Source of the DNA: Myxococcota bacterium
Lineage (GTDB): Bacteria; Myxococcota_A; UBA796; SXON01
Assembly (NCBI GenBank): GCA_040386535.1
Contig: JAZKFH010000070.1
Location: forward strand, 1 to 25,490
Direction: 5' to 3'
Length of the DNA: 25,490 nt
In this document: positions 15,737 through 24,900 of the stretch, piece by piece
Numbering within the stretch: position 1 is the stretch's first letter
Layout: each line of letters begins with the position of its first letter
Notes under the pieces: model-generated
Told to the model about the DNA's origin: nothing
Seen by the model: only the letters and a program-made list of their open reading frames with translations
Databases searched by the model: none
Program-made: the position numbers and the translations under genes

Positions 15737-17296
15737 CTACCGCGCGATCGCGAGCCTGGCCCCCGCCTCCAACGTCTCGCCCGCCTCCAACGTCTCGCCC
15801 GACACGACCGTCACCGTGCCGTCCACCCACCGCACGGTGACGCGGTCCGCCGCGGGGGCGCCGCCGAGCCCGAAGTAGAGCTCCGGCGCGCTCGAGGAGC
15901 CTGTCGCGCCCGGCAGCATCCACTGGTGCGTCGCGATGCCGTTGGCCTCGACGGTCACACGCGCGCCGAGGCCGTGGCGGTCGAGCGGGCCCGCGTCGAG
16001 GGCGACGGTGAGGCCGGGGCCGCAGCCGCCCGACGTGCGCCAGATCTTGAGGAAGTGTTTGCCCGCGGTCACGACGTCGGGGCGCCCGTCCCGGTCCAGA
16101 TCGCCCACCGCCATCGCGCGCGTGCGCGCCGGGTCCGCGAAGCCCAGATCGGTGGCGCGGGTGAAGCGCCCGTCGGGCCCGCCGAGCAGCACGACGTCGG
16201 GCTGCTCGTCGCCGTCCACCCAGTCGGGATCGATCTCCACGGCGTCCAGGAAGTTCTCGCCCGAGCGCCCGAAGGTGACGACGAGGTCGAGCGCCTGGTC
16301 GCCGTCGAGGTCGACGAACCCCGTGCCCCACGAGACCATGCTCGTCGCCTCGGGTGGGATGTCGGCGCCCTGTGCGTACGTCGCGTCCACGAAGGTGGAG
16401 TCGCCTTGCGAGAGCAGCAGGTTCGGCCCGCCCACGTCGGTGATGTAGAGGTCGGCGAAGCCGTTGCCGTCAGGGTCGCCCACGGCCACGCCCATCGAGA
16501 ACATCGACAGGTCGCAGAAACACGCGGCGGCCTCGGTGAAGTGCGCCGTGCCATCGTTGAGGAGGAGGTGGTTCGGATCGAGGAAGGGCCCGGCGTCGTT
16601 GGCGACGTACAGGTCGAGATCGCCGTCGTGCTCGACGTCGAGCCACGCCCCCTGGAAGGTGATGCCGTGGAGCGTGTCGGCGGGCATCGCCCCCTCGGCG
16701 AGCGTGTAGGCGCCGTCGTCTCCGCGCTGGTACAGCAGGTTCGGGTCGCCCCGCAGGCTTCCGTCGCGGAGCTCCTCCAACGTCATGTCCACGGCGCCCG
16801 CGCCCACGAACAGGTCGAGGTCGCCGTCGCCGTCCGCGTCCGCGAACGCGCTCGAGAAGGTGGCGCCCTCGGAGCCGCCGAGCTCGGTCGCGGCGAAGTC
16901 GCCCGTGCCGTCGTTCACCAGCAGCAGATCGACCGCGCCCCAGCGGCCCAGGTGGGCGTCCAGGTCCCCGTCGCCGTCGATGTCGGCGAGCGCCACGGAC
17001 TCGCCCGAGGGCAACGCGCCGCCGTCCAACGTGAAGCCGCCGGCCTCGACGAGCACGCCGGTGCCGTCGTTGCGGAGCCCGAGCGAGCCGCCCGCGTAGG
17101 CGAGGAACACGTCGAGCCAGCCGTCGCCGTCGAGGTCCCCGATCGCGACGCCGGGCTGGGTGCCGTCGACCGGGGCGGCGTGGGGAAGCGCGGTATCCGG
17201 CCACTCCTGGGCGAGCGTGAGGTCCATGGCGGCGCAGGCGGCCACTGGTGGATCGTCCACGCGCGCGTCCGCGCACGCGAGGAGGAGCAGGATCAC
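15737..17296 (-). CDS. CRTAC1-family protein (FG-GAP/VCBS repeats plus ASPIC/UnbV domain), probable lipoprotein
   Basis: GTG start overlapping the upstream TGA, giving MILLLLAC; many DxDGDGxLD repeats; C-terminal GLGARVTV...SSSAPELYFGLG...VTVRWVDG. Confidence 0.9.
   Translation of the reverse strand: MILLLLACADARVDDPPVAACAAMDLTLAQEWPDTALPHAAPVDGTQPGVAIGDLDGDGWLDVFLAYAGGSLGLRNDGTGVLVEAGGFTLDGGALPSGESVALADIDGDGDLDAHLGRWGAVDLLLVNDGTGDFAATELGGSEGATFSSAFADADGDGDLDLFVGAGAVDMTLEELRDGSLRGDPNLLYQRGDDGAYTLAEGAMPADTLHGITFQGAWLDVEHDGDLDLYVANDAGPFLDPNHLLLNDGTAHFTEAAACFCDLSMFSMGVAVGDPDGNGFADLYITDVGGPNLLLSQGDSTFVDATYAQGADIPPEATSMVSWGTGFVDLDGDQALDLVVTFGRSGENFLDAVEIDPDWVDGDEQPDVVLLGGPDGRFTRATDLGFADPARTRAMAVGDLDRDGRPDVVTAGKHFLKIWRTSGGCGPGLTVALDAGPLDRHGLGARVTVEANGIATHQWMLPGATGSSSAPELYFGLGGAPAADRVTVRWVDGTVTVVSGETLEAGETLEAGARLAIAR
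15762..15800. repeat. In-frame 18-bp tandem duplication (GETLEA x2)
   Basis: CCCGCCTCCAACGTCTCG twice near the 3' end of the CRTAC1 gene. Confidence 0.85.
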
Positions 17297-18918
17297 TTGA
17301 CGAAGGCGAGCAGGTCGCCGGCCGACACGTCCTCGGCTTCGGAGGTGGTGCCGTCGGGCCACGTGACGGTCACCCGCGCCGCGCCCGCGGCCCCGCCGAG
17401 CCCGAAGTAGAGCTCCGGCGCGCTCGACGATCCCGTCGTGGAGGGCAACATCCACTGCGTGAGCACGCGCTCTCCGAGCGTGACCTGCACGCGGCTGCCG
17501 AGGCCCTGGCGGTTCTTCTGGCCAGCGTCGACCGTGACGCGGACGCCGGGCGCGCAGCCGCCGTCGGTGTGCCACTGGCGCAGGAAGTACTTGCCCGCCG
17601 TGACGAGGTCGGGCCGTCCGTCGCGATCGAGGTCGCCCACGGCCACCGCGCGGGTGCGCGAGGGATCGTTCCAGCCCACGTCCACGCGGGTGAAGCCCGC
17701 CGCCGAGCCGAGGAGCAGGACGTCGGGCTGGAGCGGCCCGTCCTCCCATCCCGCCCCGCCGTCGAGGTGCTCGATGATCTCGGGCTGGCCGAGCTGCCCG
17801 AAGGTGACGGCGAGGTCGTTCCAGCTGTCCTGGTCGAGGTCTACGAACGCCGCGCCCCACGAGGTGAGGTTGGTCGGGCTGAAGGGCACGTCCGCGCCGA
17901 GGGCGAGGGTGGCGTCGTAGAACGCGCCGACGCCGTCGTTGACGAGCAGGTTCGGGCCGCCCAGATCGGTCACGTACAGGTCGGGGAGGGCGTCCCCGTT
18001 CGCGTCGCCCACCGCGGCGCCCATGCCGAACATGACCAGATCGCAGTGACAATCGTCCGCGACGGTGAAGTTGGCGTGCCCGTCGTTGAGGAGCAGCTGG
18101 TTCGGAAGGAGCCAGGCGCCGAAGTCGTTGGCCATGTACACGTCGAGGTCGCCGTCGCCGTCGGCGTCGATCGGCGAGCCCTGGAAGGTCCACCCGTTCA
18201 GGACGTGGGCGGGGAGGCGGGCGGTCTCGTCGACGAAGATCCCGGCGTCGTCTTGCAGGAACAACATGCAGCCGTCGCCGTCGGCCTCCCCGTCGATGAC
18301 CTGGAGGCCCTCGGTGTCCGTGGTGGTGGCCGCGAGGAACAGGTCGAGGTCGCCGTCGCCGTCGAAGTCCGCGAAGGCGCCGGTGCTCGTGGCGGAGGTG
18401 CTCCCGGCGATCGGCGCCGAGACGAAGCCGCCCCCGTCCCGGAGGCGGTTGTAGAGGACCACGTCCTCCTGCCCATCCTCGCGGCCCAGGTAGAAGTCGA
18501 GGTCGCCGTCTCCGTCCAGATCCACCAGCGACGCCGCGGAGGCCTTGGGGAGGGGGGCGCCGGCCGAGCTCCACTCGGGGGCGAGCACCAGGCGGCCGGT
18601 GCCGTCGTTCCGGAGCGCGGTCGCGCCGCCGCCGAAGGCCATCAGCGCGTCCAGCCAGCCGTCCCCGTCGATGTCGCCGAGGGCCACGCCCGCGGGGGTG
18701 TGGCGGCGGTCCTCGTAGGCGGGGAGGTCGGCTTCGAGCCACTCCTCGGTCAGCGTGACGGTGAGCGGATCGCAGGTGGTCGCCGCGGCGCCCGAGTCGT
18801 CGCCGTCGGCCGCGTCGGGCGGCGCGGCGCAGCCGCCGAGGAGGGCCACGAGGAGGACCGCCATGAGGAGCAGCGGGGCCGTGACATCGGCAGACCGCTG
18901 GCTTCCCCACAGGCGCAT
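17293..18918 (-). CDS. CRTAC1-family protein (FG-GAP repeats plus ASPIC/UnbV domain), lipoprotein
   Basis: Lipobox LLGGC; DIDGDGWLD, DLDGDGDLD and similar repeats; C-terminal NRQGLGSRV...ELYFGLG...VTWPDG. Start 18918 is supported by a leaderless -10; alternative start 18864. Confidence 0.92.
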   Translation of the reverse strand: MRLWGSQRSADVTAPLLLMAVLLVALLGGCAAPPDAADGDDSGAAATTCDPLTVTLTEEWLEADLPAYEDRRHTPAGVALGDIDGDGWLDALMAFGGGATALRNDGTGRLVLAPEWSSAGAPLPKASAASLVDLDGDGDLDFYLGREDGQEDVVLYNRLRDGGGFVSAPIAGSTSATSTGAFADFDGDGDLDLFLAATTTDTEGLQVIDGEADGDGCMLFLQDDAGIFVDETARLPAHVLNGWTFQGSPIDADGDGDLDVYMANDFGAWLLPNQLLLNDGHANFTVADDCHCDLVMFGMGAAVGDANGDALPDLYVTDLGGPNLLVNDGVGAFYDATLALGADVPFSPTNLTSWGAAFVDLDQDSWNDLAVTFGQLGQPEIIEHLDGGAGWEDGPLQPDVLLLGSAAGFTRVDVGWNDPSRTRAVAVGDLDRDGRPDLVTAGKYFLRQWHTDGGCAPGVRVTVDAGQKNRQGLGSRVQVTLGERVLTQWMLPSTTGSSSAPELYFGLGGAAGAARVTVTWPDGTTSEAEDVSAGDLLAFVK

Positions 18919-18924
18919 CGTCCG

Positions 18925-18934
18925 AGCGTACCAT
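18925..18934. promoter_or_regulatory. Overlapping divergent -10 elements
   Basis: Minus strand TG-g-TACGCT-6 nt-ATG(18918); plus strand TACCAT (18929-18934) upstream of the SdpA-like gene. Confidence 0.55.
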
Positions 18935-18965
18935 GGCGCTCCGCACGCCCACCCCGGGAGCCCGC

Positions 18966-19496
18966 GTGGCCTCGCCCGTCTCCGACGCCCGCACCACGCC
19001 CCCGCGCCTCCGCATGCCGGCGCTCGTGCTGCTCCTCGCCCTGGTGGCGTGGTTCGGCGTGTGCTACCGCTTCGCGCTGGTCAGCCTCGGGGTGGCCGAG
19101 GCGCCCGCGGCCGTGGCGGCGTGGAGCGACCTGTTCTGGCTCGGCCGCTGGCGGATGTTCACCGACACGCGGCCGGAACACGTCGATCTGCTCGCGGAGG
19201 CGCGGGTCGCCGAGACCTGGCAGTCGATCCGCCTGGCGGAGTTCTACCCCTCGGTCCGGGACGAGGGCCCGGGCTACCTCCGCGACGACTTCCTGGAGCA
19301 CCCGAAGCGCCTCGAAGCGCTCGCCGCCGCCACCTGCGCGCGGATCCCCGGGCCGCCCGAGCGGATCCGCTTCACGCTGGTGCGGTGGCCCAAGACGCTG
19401 GGGCAGGTGGACCAGCCGCGCGACGGCGCGACGACGCGGGAGGTGCTCGACGTGCCGTGCGCGGGCGCACGCCGCGGGGAGGCGATCCTCCGATGA
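18966..19496 (+). CDS. Single-TM HTTM-partner protein (SdpA/DUF5819-like)
   Basis: N-terminal TM helix, then LGRWRMFT, resembling the W-x-(M/L)-F motif of HTTM partner proteins; ATGA-coupled to the HTTM gene. GTG 18966 has a GGGAG RBS; alternatives 18933 and 19014. Confidence 0.65.
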   Translation: MASPVSDARTTPPRLRMPALVLLLALVAWFGVCYRFALVSLGVAEAPAAVAAWSDLFWLGRWRMFTDTRPEHVDLLAEARVAETWQSIRLAEFYPSVRDEGPGYLRDDFLEHPKRLEALAAATCARIPGPPERIRFTLVRWPKTLGQVDQPRDGATTREVLDVPCAGARRGEAILR

Positions 19497-20353
19497 GCCA
19501 GCCCGCGTCGACGTCCACGCTCGACACGCTCTTCGCGCCCCGCTGGGCGGGCGGGTGGACGCTGGCGCGCTGGCTCTTCGCCGCCGCCGCGCTCGACGCG
19601 CACGTGGGGCGTTTCGGCTCCGTCCGGGACGCCCTCGCGGCGCCCGATCTCGTGTTGTCGAGCGGGCCCGCGCGTGTCGCGGACCACGTGCTGCTCGGCG
19701 CGGGGGGCGCCTGGGCGTTGTGGACCGTGGGGCTCCTCGGGCTCGTGGGCCTGGGCTTCGGCGGCCGCGCGGCGAAGCCGGGCCTGCTCCTGTGGTTCGT
19801 GGCGCACACCGTGTTGATCGTCGCGATGGGGCTGAGCGTTCGGGCGCCGGAGCGCCTCCTGGTCTTCGTCACCATCGGGCTCCTGCTCGGCCCGATCTCC
19901 GAGCGCGGCCTGACCGGGAAGGCGCGTGCGCCCGTGGCCCGCTGGTACCTGATCGTCGTCTTCGCGTCTTTGTACGGTTCGACCGGCTGGATGAAGCTCC
20001 TCGAGGAGCCCGCGTGGTGGACCGGGGAGGCGCTCCGCTACGACCTCGTCGACCGGTTCCACGCCGGCGGGGCCCTCGCCGCCTGGCTCTCCGGGCAGCC
20101 GGCGCTCTGCCGCCTGCTCGGGTGGGGCACGATCCTTTTCGAGGCCGGGTTCCCGTTCCTGATCCTGCTCGCGCCGCTCACGCCCTGGCTGCTCGCGGCG
20201 GGGCTGCTGATGCACCTCACCATCGGGATGCTGATGGACGTGGGATCGCTCGGGGTGCTCTCCATCGCGATGTACCCGGTGCTCGTCGACCCGGACGTGG
20301 CCCGCACGATCTACGAACGGGCGCGCATCCGGTGGCTCCGTCTGCGGCGGTAG
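19493..20353 (+). CDS. HTTM-domain membrane protein (SdpB / vitamin K-dependent gamma-carboxylase-like)
   Basis: Multiple TM helices; LYGSTGWMKL....WWTGEAL, WGTILFEAGFPFLIL and LLMHLTIGMLMDVG motifs characteristic of HTTM proteins. Confidence 0.85.
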   Translation: MSQPASTSTLDTLFAPRWAGGWTLARWLFAAAALDAHVGRFGSVRDALAAPDLVLSSGPARVADHVLLGAGGAWALWTVGLLGLVGLGFGGRAAKPGLLLWFVAHTVLIVAMGLSVRAPERLLVFVTIGLLLGPISERGLTGKARAPVARWYLIVVFASLYGSTGWMKLLEEPAWWTGEALRYDLVDRFHAGGALAAWLSGQPALCRLLGWGTILFEAGFPFLILLAPLTPWLLAAGLLMHLTIGMLMDVGSLGVLSIAMYPVLVDPDVARTIYERARIRWLRLRR

Positions 20354-20359
20354 CGGCCC

Positions 20360-21856
20360 TCAGCGGGCGAAGAGCGTCCGCCGGCCCGCGACGTCCTGGA
20401 GCGTGAGCACGCGGCCATCGGGTAGATCGAGCCGGACGGTCGGGACGGTCGTCGCGACGCCGAGCCCGATGTGGAGGAAGGGCGCGTGGCCCGCGCCGTA
20501 GCTCGACTCGCCGGTCACCCAGCCCGTGTGGGCCATGCCGTCGAGCGTCCACGACACGCGGGTGTGGAGCGGCGCCTCGACGCGGAGCCAGGCGTTCTCG
20601 GTGCAGCCGTCGGAGAGGTACACCAGGGGCCGATCGACCACGTCGGTCACCACCAGGTCGAGCACGCCGTCGCCGTTCAGATCTTCCGCGACCACGCTCC
20701 GGTGGCTGCCCACCGCGGCGAGCCCGAGCCCCGGCCCGACATCGACGAAGCTCCCGTCCGGCTGCCCGGCGAGCAGGTCGATCGGCGCGTCGTAGACGAT
20801 GTCGTAGGCCTCCTCGTCGGTGTCCTGCCAGCGGTCGCCCTGGGCTACGAGCACGTCCAGGCGCCCGTCGCTGTCGTGGTCCAGCCAGATGGCGCCCCAG
20901 CCCATGTGCAGCGGCGCGTCGAGCGAGTTGGCCCCGCGGGCGAGGATCGAGTCCACCCAGGTGCCGTCGGGCAGGCTCTCCAGGAGCGCGTTGCGGCCCA
21001 CGCCGGTCAGGAAGAAGTCGGGCAGGCCGTCGCCGTTCAGATCGGCGGCGTCTCCGCCCATGCCGAAGTGCACCAGCTCGCAGGCGCAGCCGGTGGTCGC
21101 GACGAGCTGGCCGCCGTCGTTCCGGAGCAGGCGGTTGGGGCCGTAGTCGGCGCCGTCGTCATTGACGATGTACACGTCCATGTCCCCGTCGGCGTCCGCG
21201 TCCGCCCACACCGCGTCGAAGCCGCGGCCCACGCTCACCGCGCCGGTCGGGTCGTACCGCAGGCCGTCGCCCTCGTTGCGGAGCAGAAAATCGGTGCGCT
21301 CGATGTCGTCCGGGGCGCCGGCGTTCGTGAGGGCGTACACCTCGGGGAGCCCGTCGCCGTCGAGGTCTCCGGCGGAGAGCTCGCGCGTGCGCCACGCTTG
21401 CAGGGGCAGGTCGCGCAGGGGCCAGGGCGCAAAACCGGCGTCGCCCTGGACGAGCACCTGAGGGTCCTCCTTGAAGCCGCCGACGAGCAGATCGAGCCGC
21501 CCGTCGCCATCCACGTCCGCGACGTTGAGCAGGAAGGTGCCGGCGGGCCCGGGGAGCGTCTCGACGACGAACGCCCCGCCCTCGTTGCGCCACAGCTGCG
21601 GCGGGGTCTGGGTCCAACCGACCACGAGGTCGAGGTCGCCGTCGGCGTCGAGGTCCGCCACGGCGAGGCTCCCGCCGTGGTGGTGCACGTCGGCCGGGTC
21701 GGGCCCGCCGGTGAGGCCCAGCGCGCCGCCCACCTCGGTGTAGGCGAGGGGCACCGGAGCGGCGCACGTGCTCTCCGGGCCGAGGGTCACCCCGTCCGGA
21801 AGCGGCACGGGGCCGACACAGGCGGCGAGCGCGAGAGCGACGATGGCGCGTGACAC
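20360..21856 (-). CDS. CRTAC1-family FG-GAP lipoprotein with a divergent ASPIC/UnbV-like C-terminus
   Basis: GGGAG RBS, GTG start, MSRAIVALALAAC lipobox; DLDADGDLD, DVDGDGRLD and DLNGDG repeats; C-terminal SSYGAG...LHIGLG...LDLPDG. Confidence 0.9.
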   Translation of the reverse strand: MSRAIVALALAACVGPVPLPDGVTLGPESTCAAPVPLAYTEVGGALGLTGGPDPADVHHHGGSLAVADLDADGDLDLVVGWTQTPPQLWRNEGGAFVVETLPGPAGTFLLNVADVDGDGRLDLLVGGFKEDPQVLVQGDAGFAPWPLRDLPLQAWRTRELSAGDLDGDGLPEVYALTNAGAPDDIERTDFLLRNEGDGLRYDPTGAVSVGRGFDAVWADADADGDMDVYIVNDDGADYGPNRLLRNDGGQLVATTGCACELVHFGMGGDAADLNGDGLPDFFLTGVGRNALLESLPDGTWVDSILARGANSLDAPLHMGWGAIWLDHDSDGRLDVLVAQGDRWQDTDEEAYDIVYDAPIDLLAGQPDGSFVDVGPGLGLAAVGSHRSVVAEDLNGDGVLDLVVTDVVDRPLVYLSDGCTENAWLRVEAPLHTRVSWTLDGMAHTGWVTGESSYGAGHAPFLHIGLGVATTVPTVRLDLPDGRVLTLQDVAGRRTLFAR

Positions 21857-21927
21857 CGGGCTCCCTGGCTCGCGTACGGGTAACCCGGGGGCGGCGACGG
21901 CCGGCCGCGCCCCGGCCGCGCCGCTCG

Positions 21928-24900
21928 CTACGCCGCCGCCGCGATCTCCCGCAGCAGCGTGACCTGCTCCTTCCGTCGCCGCCCGAGCGCTGCGAGGAGG
22001 GTCTGCGCGTGCTTCGTGAGGAGAGCCTGCTCCACCACCGCCGCGAGCTCCCGTTCGCCGGTCTGGAGCGCCTGGACGTACACGAGCACCGGCCCCTGGA
22101 TCTCGTCGAGCGTCGCCTCGCACGTCTCGATCTCCCGCTGCAGATCGCGGATCAAGCCGGGATCGACCCCGTCGACGTCCGCGACCTCCACGAGGAGCGC
22201 GCGCGCGTTCTGGACCGTCGTGATCGCCGTGCGGATGTCGGCGAGGGGGAGCGCGACCTGCTCGGCGTTGGCGACGGCGGCGATCTTGCCCGCCGCCGTG
22301 TTGCCGAGGATCCACTCGCCGATCTTCTCGAGCGTCCCCTTGACCCGGAGGGCGTGCGCGTCGATGAACTCAAGGCCCTTCAGGAGCTTCGCGCCGACCG
22401 ACTTGAGCGTGTTCACGACCCCCATGATCTCGTCGGTGAACCGCTTCGGCGCGTCGGTCTCCTTGCCGGCCTCGGACAACAGGAACATGCGGATGATCGA
22501 CGCGGTGCTGCGCTCGACCTCCTCCTCGGTGAGCCCGCGCGTCTGCAGGTAGCGCATGGCGATCGGGTCGCGGTTCTTCGCCGCGAGCGCGAGCAGGCCC
22601 TTGGCGTACTTCGGGTGGTACTGGAACAGCTCGCGCTGCTCGTCCGCCCAGCCCCGGCGGGCGCCGTCGAGCAGCTCGAGCGCGCGCGCCGCGATGCGCC
22701 AGTCGTCCACCTTCACGACCACGGTGGCGCCGACCTTGACGACCTTCCCCGCCACGTCGACCACGACCCCCGCGGGCGCCGAGATCCCGCCGAGCGTGAT
22801 GAGCCCGCCGGTGAGGCTGAGCGCGGACCCGAACGCGTCGACCGTCGCCTTGCCGCCGAGCTTGTTCTCCCGCTTCTCGGACTGCTCCAGCGCGCCCCGC
22901 AGCGCGCTCTGCACCCGCTTCGCCTCCTCCGCGAGCTCGCCGTCCTCGAACCCCCGCGTGAACCGGTCGGCGGCCTCCACCATCCCCCGCAACATGTCGA
23001 GGCCCCCCTTCGCCGTCGACAACCCGGGCACGAACTGCGCCGCGATGTTGATCCCCGCGTCGTGCAGGGCGAACAGCGCCTCCACGATCTGCTGGTCCTG
23101 CATCCGCTGGAGGACCGGATCCACGGTCTCCTCCTCCGCGAGCCCGTCGCCGAGCTTCTGGGTGGACGCGATGGCCAGGAGCGCGATGGTGACCGCGGTC
23201 TTCGCGATCTTGACCTCGGCCTTGCCGCCCGACTCCGGGAGCACGGCGCTCAAGCCCGTGAGGACCAGCTCGACCTTCGAGCCCACCGCGACGACCGGAT
23301 CGACCACGGACGACACCGCGCCCCACGCCTTCCTCGACGCGTCCTTCTGCTTCGCCTTCTCCTCGATGGCCTCGGCATCCTCGTCGAGGAACAACCGCTC
23401 CAGCTCGCGGAAGCCCTTGCCGTACTCGTCGACCGCCTCCGGCCGCAGCACGCGGGGCACGTCCGCGAAGAGGTGCTCGAGCGCCTCCGTGGCGCCGAGC
23501 CGGCCGAGCTCGATCGTGTAGTCGGTGAAGAACGTCGTCAGCGCCGAGCTGATCTCGTCGTGCGCCTTGCTCTTCATGAAGGTGGTCAGCGACATGTCGA
23601 GGTCGAGCTGCGCCAGCATCTTGAAGATCCGCGAGTTCGCCTTGTACGCGAGCGCCGCCTCCGTCAGCTCGGCCACGCGCTCGATCTCCGCGCGGCTCGC
23701 GACCTCCGCGTCCCGACGCTGGACCCCCTTCTCGGCGTCCATCATCCCCGCCTCCGCCTTCGTCGCGGCCACGCGGGCGTCCTCGACCGTGCCGAGGAGC
23801 TCCTTCAGCTCGGGGTTCTCCACCGCCACGAGCGCGATGTTGTCGTCGAGCTCCTTCTTCGCGTCGTCGAGGGCCTTGCGGGCCAGCTTCGCCTCCGCCC
23901 CGAGGGTCCGCTCCCTCTCGGACACGACCTTGAGCTGGTCGATGTAGGTGCTCAGCGTCTGGAGCTCCTCTCCCGACAGCCCGGCCTCCCCCTTGGCGAG
24001 CAAGGCGTCGATCTTCACCTGGAGGAGGCGCGCGATGGTGGCGGCCTTCTCCAGCGTGGCATCCACCTTGCCGAGGTCCTTGCGGGCGGTCCCGACCTTG
24101 TCCCGGGCGCCCGCCAGCGCCTCGATCTCGGCGACCGCGTGCTCCAGCCGGGTCTCCACCTCCCGACGGCCGGTCTCCGCGGTCTCGAGCTTCGTCCGGG
24201 CGCCCTTCCGCAGGTCCTTCGCGTCGCGGAGCTCGGCCTCGCTCTCGTGCTTCAGCGCCGATGCCCGCTTGTGGTCCTTCTGGACACGCTCCCCGTAGGT
24301 CTTCGGCGTCGTCGTCGGCTTCGGCTCCGGGTCCATCCCCAGCGTGGTCGCCGTCACGAGCTCCTCCAGCTGCGCCAGCGTGCCTTCCATGCGCTCCTGG
24401 TGGTCCCCGATGCGCACCAGCGCGCCTTCGAGGCGCCCGTTCGCCTTGGCGAGCGACTGCGGGCTCGGGGCGAGGTCGTACTCCACGATGGATTGATCGC
24501 GCTTGTCGCTCGCGACGCCCAACGCGGACACGAAGCTCTCCTTGTGCTTCTCGATGAGCGTGCGGAGGCCCTTGAGCGCCTTGATGCGCGTCCGCATCTT
24601 GGCGTTCTCCTCGCCGAGCTCCACCTTGTCCTTGTCGGCGCCCACCATCCGTCGCATCTCGCTGTGCTCGATCTCGCGGCGTTCGAGCTTCAACTCCAGC
24701 TCGGGGAGGGTCTGGGTGTCGAACGTCTTGAGCGTGGAGGAGGCGGTCTTGCCGACCTTCCCGAGATCGACGAGCTGTTTCGCGCTCGCCTCGGTCCAGG
24801 TCGAGTAGCTCCGCGCGAGCTCCTCCTGGTCGACCGGAGCCACGTCCACCTTCGGCGCATCGTCCGGTTCCACCGGCGCCACGAAGTTCTCGACGTTCGC

